Below are positions 27,501-38,316 of a DNA stretch of 64,000 bases, one piece after another (position 1 is the stretch's first letter; each line of letters opens with the position of its first letter). The notes beneath the pieces are model-generated. The model was given only the letters and a program-made list of their open reading frames with translations, had not been told where the DNA came from and did no database searches. A program made the translations under genes and the position numbers. Source of the DNA: Macrostomum lignano (Eukaryota); the NCBI GenBank assembly GCA_002269645.1, contig NIVC01001607.1:124001-188000 (forward strand), read 5' to 3'.

Positions 27501-30500
27501 TTATTGCGTAACTCATAGCTGCACGTCGGCAGCTGCGTGAATATATATCGCAAATATACGGCTCTTAGAGGCCAAGATTCTTACCCGCCAAGCGGACTAC
27601 GAGCACTACAATGGCGTCGCAGATAAACTTACCAAGCCCAGCGCGCTTGGACCTGCGAACAGACCCCAACACGGCCCAGACTAAATGGAAAAAGTGGTAC
27701 GCACAATTTGAACTTTTCGCTGTGGCTGCAAACATCGAAGACAAAAAGCGGCTTCGCCAGCTTCTGCTGTATACAGCCGGAGAGGACTTGCAGTCGATTG
27801 CGGCCGGTCTCGGCGACAAAGAGGCAGCAGGCAAAGACGTCGAAACACTTGTAGCCGCGCTTAACGACCACTTCGACAGCAAGCGGAATCTCCCGTTCAC
27901 CCGCTATCAGTTCAGGTTGTGCACACAGCGGTCCGGCGAGCCCATCGACGAATGGCTCCAGCGCCTCAAAGATGCTGCCGACTGCTGCGGCTTCGAGGGC
28001 CTCAGAGACTCCCTGATCCGTGACCAGGTGATCGCCGGCTGCAGTTCAGAGCAGCTTCGCCGCAAGCTGCTAGCGATCGACAATGTCGACCTGGAGCAGG
28101 CGCTTCGGGTGGCCAGAGCCATGGAGACAGCAGAGACTCAGGCAAGCCTCATGGAATCTAACGAGGCGGCGGTACAGCGACTTCGGCTTCGAGACACTGG
28201 TGCAGCGGCCTCATCAGCAGAGCGCCCAGTCAAGGGACCAGCCAAGCAGCAGCCAGGCAAGCAGACCACGTGCATCAGATGCGGAGTCCCGGGCCACCGC
28301 ACATGCAACGCAGCCAGAGGCAAGACGTGCGAGCGCTGCGGAAAGCGAAATCACTTGGCGAGGGCCTGCCTCTCCCGGCCGTTGGAAGCCGTCCGCGCCC
28401 TGCAGGCCGACAGCGACAGCTCAGAGCCTGAGGACAGCATCTTCTGTCTGACCGTGGCGGCCACCGGGACGGCTACAGCGGGCGCCCGCACAACAGTGCT
28501 CGTCGACTCAACGCAGCTGGAAGTCCTGGTCGACAACGGGGCCGACTGCAATATCTTGACAGAGAAAGCCTGGCGGAAACTGCCGCGACCCCCGCCGCTG
28601 CAGACAACTCGCACAAAGGTATTCGCTTTCCGCTCTTCAGAACCGCTCAGCATCCTGGGAGCCTGCAGCCTGCAGGTGACAACCGGCCAAGATAGCCAGG
28701 AGGTTCGCTTCATCGTCGTCCCCGGCGACGGCGTCAACATCCTGGGACGGGAGGCATCAACCTCACTCCGCCTTCTGAGCTTGGGGCCTCAGGTTCGCGC
28801 GATCGCAGCAGCCGAGACGGAGAACGCAGAGACCCTGGCGCTGGCCAAGCGATTTCCGGAGCTCTTCAAAGGCCTCGGAAAGGTCAAGGGTGTTTCGGTT
28901 CAGATTGGTATCAAGCCTGACGCCAGGCCCGTCTGCCATCCGCCCTCTCGGGTACCAGTGCATCTCAGAGAGGCGCTGGACCGCGAGCTGGACGAGCAAG
29001 AGCGCCTGCAGATCATCCAGCCAGTAGAAGGCCCCACGCCATGGGTCAGTCGCATCGTCGTGGTACCGAAAGAAGACGGGAAGACCGTGAGGATCACCCA
29101 GGATTTGCGAGACGTTAACAAGGCGGCCCTGAGGCAACGACATCAATCCCGACTTTTGAAGAAGCTACCAGCGACATGACGGGGTCGACAATCTTCACCA
29201 AGCTCGACATCTTCAAGGCGTTTCATCAAATTGAGATCAGTGAGGACAGCCGCAAGTACTTCGTCTTCTCAACGCCCCGAGGGATGCGTCAGCTGACACG
29301 CCTGAGCATGGGATTCGCCTCCGCCTCGGAGATCCTGCAGCGCGTCATGCAGCAAGTGCTGGAAGGCCTCACTGGTGTCAAGTGGATCCACGACGACATC
29401 ATCATCCACAGTCAGGGCCCTGAAGTTCACCAGGAACATGTGGCAGCCTGCCTGACCAGACTGCGTGACAATGGCATCACCCTGAATGCCAGCAAGTGCC
29501 GCTGGGGCATCGGCAAGGCCAAGTTCATGGCCATGACGCTCTCCAAGTTCGGCATTCAGCCATCAGAAGAGAAAATCGCAGAGCTGCAAGCATTCAGGGA
29601 TCCACAGTCTGCCAAGGAAGTCCGGTCGTTTCTCGGCCTGGCCAATCACCTCGAGAAGTTCATGCCGCACCTTGCCGACAAAGCGGAGCCGCTGAGGCGA
29701 CTAACACGGAAAGGCCAGGAATTCGTCTGGGACCGCGAGCAGCAGCAGTCCTTCCAGGCCGTCAAGGACTGCATCTCCGAGGGCTGCACGCTGGCCTTCT
29801 TCGACAAGCGGCTGCCGACCGAGCTGGTGGTCGATGCGTCACCCGTCGGCGTTGGTGCCATTCTGCAGCAGCGGCACCCAAGCGGGCAGACGCGGCCGGT
29901 GGCCTACGCGAGCCGCACGCTCAGTGACGTCGAACGGCGCTACAGCCAGATCGAGCGCGAGGCCCTGGGCGTCAAGTTCGGCTGCTTGAAGTTCGCGTTT
30001 TACCTGGAGGGCTGCCCGCACTTTGATATCTACACCGACCACAAGCCGCTGCTCGGGATCTACAGAGCAGACTCAAGGCCGCCGCCCCGGCTCGAGCGTA
30101 TCATGCTGCAGACCCAGCACTTCACGTTCACACTGCACTACCGCAAAGGCGAGGACAACCCGGCAGACCCGCTGAGCCGCAATCCGCTGACAAGCGCATC
30201 GTCACACAAAGACGAGGCTGAGGACACCAGACTGTGCAACGCCGTTGTCCAAGCGGCCACCCCAAAGGGCCTGACCGTCGACAGGATCCAGGCTGCGACC
30301 GAGAGAGACCCAGCTCTGGTGGTCGTCATGCGCGCCTTGGAAACAGGAAACTGGAGCTGCGGCGCGGCGAGCCCGGCGCACAGTTTTCGGTCCCTCAAAG
30401 ACGAACTGAGCGTTCACGCAGGCCTTCTGCTCCGGGGAAACAGAATCGTGATCCCGGCAGAGCTTCAGCAGCTTACGATCGGTTTAGCGCACCAGGGCCA

Positions 30501-33500
30501 CCTCGGACAGAAGAAGACGTGCGACCGACTGCAGCGTAAGGTCTGGTGGCCCGGCATGTCCAAACAGGTCGAGGCGGTCGTCACTAACTGCCTCCCGTGT
30601 CAAGCGGCCCGGACCGACGGCGCCGTGAAACACCCGCCGAAGCAGCCGACGCCGCTTCCGTCGGGGGCCTGGCAATCGCTCAGCGTCGACGTGTGCGGAC
30701 CATTCCCAACGGGCGAGAACGTAGTTGTCTTGGTGGACTACTTCAGCCGCTACCCGGACCTCTACGTGGTGCGCAGCCTCACCAGCGCCAGCGTCATCAA
30801 CTGCGTCATTGCCTCATTCAGCCGCTTCGGTGTGCCGCAGCAGATCACTACGGACAACGCCACCTACTTCACGAGCGAAGAATTCAACTTGTTTCTGGAC
30901 GGCCTCGGGGTTCGACAGCGCAGGGTCACCCCACTCTACCCGGCGGCGAACGGCGAGGTGGAGCGCTTCAACCGCAGCCTCAACAAGGCCATCAACGCCG
31001 CCACGGCCGAAGGCAACGACTGGCGGCGGGCGATCCACGAGTGGCTGCTCGGATACCGCAACTCTGTGCACCGAGGCACCGACCGCACGCCCAACGACCT
31101 CATGTTCAACCGAGAGACCGGCGACATCCTGCCATCTGGCCTGACAAAGCAAACCGGCAGCTCCGAACGGCAGCTGCAGCTCCTCGACCGCGGCTACAAG
31201 CAGGCGATGCGCAAGGCGGCCGACACGCGGCGTTCGGCTGCGCCACACGGCATCCTGGCAGGCGCCCGCGTGCTGCTCAGAAACCGCGGCAAGGCCAAGC
31301 TGCGCTGTCCGTTCGACCCGCGGCCTTGGCTTGTCAAGGCAGTCAGCGGCGGCGCCCTGACTCTGCAACGCGGCATGGCAGTCATTCGGCGGCATGTGAC
31401 CGAGACGAAGCCGCTTCGTGAGTGCCCCTGGGACCTTGACGAGATGGACGGCGATCAGCGGCCGGGGGCGCCTGTGACAGAGGCAAATTCGGCCAACGAC
31501 GGTCCGATTGCGCAGAGGCCTCATCCCAGGACAGCAAAGCAGCCCGTCTGCTACAAGCAGTGACTTGATTCGAACTGAGCCGGAACGCTGTCAAAGATCG
31601 GCATGCTTTAATTGTTTAAGTATTTAATCGTTCGAAATCAAAAAAATTTGAGACTGTTTTACTAATTAATTTTTTTAATCCTTCACGTCGTTTCTTGACC
31701 AATTTTTGCAATGAAATTTTAAACCCTCTCGTATTGGACTTTTCTTTTGCTTTGGGGGAGAGATGTGGTGCGCAGCCTATGCGTGTACAATGCCCTTTCT
31801 CTTGCTCTCTAGCCAACGTGCTCAGTACCCCAATTTATTGCGTAACTCATAGCTGCACGTCGGCAGCTGCGTGAATATATATCGCAAATATACGGCTCTT
31901 AGAGGCCAAGATTCTTACCCGCCAAGCGGACTACGAGCACTACAGTGAGTAATAAATATCCAAGTGTTTGTAGGACAGCCATGAGCACCCTGAAGCAATA
32001 TCTTCGTCGACAAAGTTTTATGGAAATTCTGCCTATTCCCTCCTGAGGACATGCAAGCGCGCCAATACTGTACGCAGGCAAGCACTCATACCCACGCTCA
32101 CACAGGGTGTAAAGCGGCCCTCCTGACTTTCTAATCATCAGACCTGTACACTCTGAGTCTTCGGGTTGAACCTCGTGGCTTTCATTGCATAACATCCTCG
32201 TGGCCTATATTTTGCACAAGCCCCAAGGTAATGTGACTGTGCACGGTATTGAACTAGAGCTTGTGGCGCGAGAGTCGGACGCATATGCCACTCAGCTGCT
32301 CTGGGAAGAATCGGCTAGCTTATTTAAATCAAAACTCGTATTAGACAATCACAATAATACTTTAACCTAAAACACGTAAGAAGCACGAAAGAAGTGTGAT
32401 GTGCTTCTTACCTTTAAAATTTGGTTTGTAAGTCTATGTACTCCCAATTACATGCTTATAAGTCCTGGAACTGTTGACCTGTTATTTTTCCATAATTTGA
32501 ATTATTTTTGTAGCTCATATTTTGAATGTGCATACGTCAGTGATTCTTTGAATCTTCCCACCCTTCATCGATGTGCCGTCATTTTCTGATTTTCTTGCAG
32601 GCGGCTTCTTCACAACCGCCATCCCTGACTGGCTGGTGTGGGCCAAGTACCTGTCGTTCATCCGGTACTGCTACCACTTCAGCATGCTGCTGACCATGCA
32701 AAACTCCTATAGTTTCGTGTAAGTACATAGCCGCTTGTTGCTACTTTCCTACTGCTCTAGTAGCATCGCTGAGTTTGTTGCAGTAAGAGATCCGGCCCGA
32801 ATGAAAGTGTACTTGGAGCGACGTAATTGGATGGATGCTTTTCAAGAGGATGATTACACAAGGCTGTTTTCTTTTCCCTCTCTACTCCCTCTCCCTCTCT
32901 ACTCCCTCTCCCTCTCTCTTACTCTAGGGTATCAAAATCAATCAAAATCAATAATCGTCTAAGAGTTTCGGAATCGGTCCAGTGGATCCTATTCAATCCC
33001 TCAGGAATAAGGGAGGCCTCAAATTCGATAACTCACCAGAAATAAACTGATCAATAACGGCCGGCAATGACTCAACTCTCAATTATCAAATAACAAAGTC
33101 TTCGAAAAAGGCTTACCAATTGGTATTCGTCTCTCGACATCTATAAGATGTATAAGATGTAGCTTCGTTTGGCTGCTCTAGCAAAACTCAAGATCTCTTT
33201 AGGCTGCTCCGAGTCTGAGATTTCGGCTCGGATTTTGGCTTGTATTTACAGGCAACATTTTTGCGAAATATAAATAGTACATGATTCATCCTTTTGTTAT
33301 AGATAGTAACATGATTCATAGATTAAGTTTTGCTTCGCATGTTTGCGTTACTCTACTTACAGTAGCATTTTATGAATGAATGAACCTCTACAGTTCAAAG
33401 TTTGAGATAAATCTTTATTCACACGAAAAGTGAGCGGTTGCTCAAACTCCGAGATACTTTTCATCTCAGAGCACTTGCACACCAACTTAGAGCAGGAGAC

Positions 33501-33903
33501 ATTTGTGCTCACCTTATTCATACGGCGTAATCTTTCCAAGAGTGCACAGAAGAGCTTTGTGGCGGGAAAACTTTTTTTATTATTCTTGATGCTGATTTCC
33601 ATAAATTGTTCTGCTTTCAAGAAAGGGCTTGCAAAAAATCCAGAAAAGCGTTTCACATTTTTTGTACTCATCTCAAAAACTTTCCGCAGGTGCGCCAGCA
33701 CCCTGAGGAGCGCCTACCCCAGCTGCCTGAACGGCACCTACCTGAACGCGAACAACCAGACCACATTCCCGTCCTCTGAGATCATCCAGTACTTGCCCGA
33801 CCAGCCGCTGCCAATCTGGGCCAACTGTCTCGTCACCCTGCTGTTCCTCATCCTCTTCCGTGTGGCCGGCTACCTGTGGCTTCGCTATATGAAGAAGGTT
33901 TGA
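24599..33903 (+). CDS. ABCG-family half transporter, paralogue C (10 exons, 681 aa; LTR element in intron 8)
   Basis: Exons 24599-24794, 25054-25223, 25302-25407, 25729-26085, 26205-26725, 26827-26884, 27000-27214, 27334-27424, 32601-32718, 33690-33903. Same exon sizes as A and B; frame intact. Confidence 0.9.
27430..31944 (+). mobile_element. Full-length Gypsy/Ty3 LTR retrotransposon (Mag-like), young
   Basis: LTRs 27430-27610 and 31764-31944 (181 bp, TG...CA, identical by eye). PBS TGGCG at 27612, polypurine tract GGGGGAGAGA at 31754-31763, 5-bp TSD GTGAG at 27425-27429 and 31945-31949. Confidence 0.97.
27611..31563 (+). CDS. Gag-Pol polyprotein (gag with zinc knuckles, protease, RT, RNase H, integrase), one frameshift near 29143
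   Basis: CERCGKRNHLARAC, VLVDNGAD, WIHDD, VDASPVGVGA, YSQIEREALG, TDHKPL, HQGH...CLPC, and DDE motifs SVDVCGP / TDNATYF / GEVERFNR. ORFs 27611-29179 and 29176-31563 join if one base is restored. Confidence 0.9.
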
Positions 33904-35719
33904 GAAGTTGAAGAGATCTGCATGGACTGAATTCGCAGAAGAGTCTATTCAGTGTAATTTATCTGATTTGGTAAAAATTTATAATTACCTTTTAGGCGTG
34001 TTTATATTTTTAGACGTTGTGAAATATTACTAGTTATTAAGCCGGGAATAATGAACAAGGTTTTGTCTGATCTAATTCTGACTAAGCTTCTAAAAACTTT
34101 TTAATAAGTGGTTACTGTCCAATCTAGGCGAAACACAATCCGATCGTGTCTTTTTCGATAGAGCCATCGGTTTTTCTCACCCCATGTCTGGCGTAAAATT
34201 GAAAATTCAACGTCAGCAATCCGGTATTTTCTCTTGTATTCTATTTTCAAGATTATACTACTGTGTACTATGCGTCAGATTTTCTTAAATGTTTAATAGA
34301 ATCTAAATGTTCGACGAGATAACATAAGTTTTTTGACATCCTGTCGAAAGGTATAAATAGGTTAAACCAACCGAAAACTAATTAAAAACTAACGATCATA
34401 AGTTGTAATGTATAAAGTTTTATATTTTCTGCGCAGGTACACATGCCAATATGGTCATAGTCAGTGAGTGACACGAGCATATGAAACCTCAGATTGTAGG
34501 GTCAAAGAACGATTGTGTCTTGTGAGGGAAGGACAGAACGTGAAGAGTGCTTTTGCAGCAAAACGCGATCGGCTGTTGGGACACACGAGAAGTAAGCATA
34601 ATTTCTTCCAGGATTTTATTTTTGTTGAATATGCAGGGCAGAAAATGATTCAAAATTATTTTTAGTTATGTTTGGTTACTAAAATGGGTGTCCTAAGAGT
34701 TTTGACACTTTTAATCCCGCAAGCACCGAAACAGCTTCAAACACAGCTTTGGTGTCATTTTAAAGCGTCACATTTTTCATTGGTCATAGCGTCATATTTT
34801 TATTACGAGCTGTAATTAAATGCACTGGCCGAGGGTGCTGACTTTTTTATTATATGATTTCATTTGAGTCGAACTACGAGTAATTGCGAGTATTAAAGCG
34901 AAAGAAAAAATAAATATAAAAAATTAGTGGATAAAATATTCTTAGTTTTTTGACGTAATGGGAATTGAAATGTCGTCCGCAAACATTCAAGTATTCAATC
35001 TTTTTTTTCACCATGTCTTTGATACATGTTATTAGAATTTTCATCATGTCTCTACTTATTGAGTCATCGAGTAAAATACTTTATCCTCTGCTGTAATAAG
35101 TTTTTCTAAATATGAAACTTTATCCGAGATTTCCTGTTCAAGTTTGTCACGCGGAGACACACTATAAAAGTTTCAACTACACTTGTGGCATGTACATGTA
35201 AGTGGATACTCACCATACTTCAGCGAAATGGGGTGAGGATCGGCTTTGTAACGCATCTTAGACAGCGATGCACACAAAACTAAACCAGAAATTTGGTCAT
35301 TTTGTCATCCACCAATCAAAAAGAATTCACTAACAAATAGACACCAAGTTTTTGAAGTATTAAAATTGATATAAAAGTGTAAACAATTTATGCAGGATTT
35401 AATAGCAACGCATTTTAAATTTTTACGCATACAATAAATGCTACTTTAAATCGCAAGGTTAGTAGTACAGTAAGATATGCAGTAAAATACCAAAAATGAA
35501 ACCGGATTCATGTTATTGTGACGAATAAAGGCGGGAAGACGTACGATTTGTGTAGCGGTTAAATTTGATAATCTAGAGCCAGTAGCCGACTTCCCTTAGC
35601 GTAAATTGCAGATTTCAGCACCAGGGCCACCTGGAGGCTGCTGAGGCGTTTCAGCGCGAAGCCCGCAGCGCCGAGGCTTTTCAGTTCATTTCAGTCCTCA
35701 CAGCCAGTCCATATTAGTG

Positions 35720-36754
35720 TTATGGGTAGGCTGAAGCGCGGACGCACAACGCGGTTTCACGTCCACAGAAACTGTCTATGGTTGAAAAAGCTTTAGCTAT
35801 ATGCTTCGTGGCGGTTTCGCAGTCCGCGGAGACTGTCTATGGTTGAAACCCAAATAGAGTTTGAAGCATTCTTCTCTTGGTGGGTGAGAGAGAAAATAAG
35901 ATTTAAACAGCTTTAAGGTTCGGAATTAGCCATGTTTCACAGGGAATCAATACTAGAGGAAGATAGTAGCGGTTTAGAAATGAATGAGATTGAGTTTCTG
36001 CAGCAACTTGGACATCGTGATCCTGGTGAAGAAGTTAGTCAGTGGACCGGTGTGACCGTAAGACAGCAGGAGTTGATTGACGCAGAATTGTCCAATCCAA
36101 GCATTCTGAATAATACCGAGCTTCTGCGGGAACTGACGGAAGAAGAGGAAGCTGCTGTGCAAGACGTCGAAGAGGCTGCCAAATGCAAATCGACCACGGA
36201 TCAAACCGCTCTCCCTGTGAAGCGCTTCAAAAAATATCTGGTGGACCAGAAACTGCCGGACAACATCGAAACAATGCCGATCCACTATCTTTGTGCCTAT
36301 ATGCGGCTGTGGTTTGTGTCACTGAGGACTCAGGAAGGCAAGCCATACGCTGTCCGAAGTCTGGTGTGCTTCAGGGCGTCTATTCATCGGTACGTGCTGG
36401 AGACAAGGAACGTGCGTATCTATTGGTGCCAATCAGGCGAGCGTTTTTGAGAACTGAAATTTGAGAATTGCACATTCAACATAACACCACGCTAACTGAC
36501 AGATGTAACTATTGAGGAGATGAACTCTCCAGCCACATATCATTTTGAGCTTCCAAGCGTTATTTACTGAATTATTTCGTTTACTTCGTGTTTCATTCCT
36601 GTTGTGTTTGGTCTTGTGTTTGTTGGCAGTGAAATATACAGTGGCTATAAGTGATGAATTGAATATTATTAAAATATGCTTCAACCATAGACAGTGACGG
36701 CGGACAAATGTAGAGCGTTTCAATCGCGTTTCAACCCAGGCAGCCTACCCATAA
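35720..36754 (+). mobile_element. Crypton-like non-autonomous element carrying the 5' part of a tyrosine-recombinase-family ORF (35932-36450)
   Basis: The peptide KSTTDQTALPVKRFKKYL...IETMP...LRLWFVSLRTQEGKPYAVRSLVCFRASIHRY-like resembles the N-terminal domain of Crypton/DUF3504 (ZMYM/QRICH1/KCTD1-related) proteins. Inverted ends TTATGGGTAGGCTG and CAGCCTACCCATAA; no TSD found. Confidence 0.65.
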
Positions 36755-37935
36755 TCTTTCAGCTAGTGTAGCCTTCTGTGCAGACGTGGACACTTTTCAA
36801 TGTTGCTGAGTGTACTAAATTTTCTAGATGCAGAATTGTGCTTAGAATGAATCTCATTGGACTCCTCCCAGCTTTTTCAAAGCATTCTGTTAATTTCGTT
36901 TGCTAACAATAATGAAGTCAATAATTTTTGCTCATCTTACAGAAATTTTACGTAAAACGTGTTGTAATCTTTCTATTGTCCTATTTTGTAGGATTGCATG
37001 CCTGCGTACAGTATTGGCGCGCCTGTTGTCAGCGGAATTATCTCAGCGTTGGTTGTTGGACGATGTTGACGAAGCGGCTGCGCTAGGATGGCCTACAGCT
37101 GTCCTGTAGTTATTGCTGCTAATTTTAGGGACATTACTCGTACCGCATTAACGCTAGTAGCTCCGAGGGTCGCATATTGCTCAAATCAGTGTGCAGTTGG
37201 CTCAGAGCCATTTCAAAATTGATTTGAGCAATCTTCGGCCTCCAACTTTTGTAGTCACCTGTCCCGAGTATTGAGTAGTCCCTGATTCAATGCTCTGCCT
37301 GTGCCGTTGCCATAGATCAGAGGCGGTGTTTTGACCATAGACCAAAGTAGAAACATTTGGTTGAACACGATTGGCAGTTTCTTAGGATAAGTCTAAAATT
37401 CTTGAGTAAGAATGAAAACTGCTATATTTTATTTTGCATACCGTGAAACGGGGTCTTACCATAGACACAAAGTCGAACAAATCCAACTTCATTTAACCAC
37501 GTTTCCATCCCAGATAGCTAATTTTCGTACTCCATGACATAGCGATCTTAGCCTATGGCAAAAAAATTGGCGAGCGCAGATGTGAGCATACGCGAGCTGG
37601 AGTAGAGATTAAGCAGCATCGGTTTGATGAGGCACGGGCGGATGATGGGGGAACAACGCCCATCTATTTAGGCCGCGCCCTCTCTCTGCCTGCCTCTCTT
37701 TCACTCCTGGCATGGCTTTTCTACAGATTGGCTTCCCCAAGACAGTTCTTTAAGAATCCAATGAGGGCCGCCCGCCCCGTGTCAGCTGCATACCATTTCT
37801 GTGTCCTTCCTCAGCGCTCCCTGCTGCAGTGAAATTCAGCTTCGATTCGAGTGATTTTTTCATGGCCAACTAAACCTGGAGAGCGGCAGTGAAAACAGAA
37901 GCATTCCTGCGGACCGTGAGTGAGCTGTCTGCATG

Positions 37936-38231
<296 letters not shown>

Positions 38232-38316
38232 CTGTGTCAGAATTAATTAGTTTTGTGAAGCAAATTCTGAGCAGGGCTCTCAAGCGGCAGCAGCAGGCAA
38301 GCACCGGACAGGGGAG

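Noticed and set aside
29143-29179. Programmed gag-pol ribosomal frameshift
   Set aside because: The break (about 29143-29179) falls inside the RT domain, not at the gag/pol boundary, and has no slippery heptamer; a one-base deletion explains it.
30597-31524. Long alternative-frame and antisense ORFs within the Gypsy pol region
   Set aside because: Expected shadow ORFs of GC-rich coding sequence; no motifs and no env-like features.
34430-34595. Exon-like segment bounded by AG and GTAAGC
   Set aside because: All three frames contain stops and there is no recognisable product.
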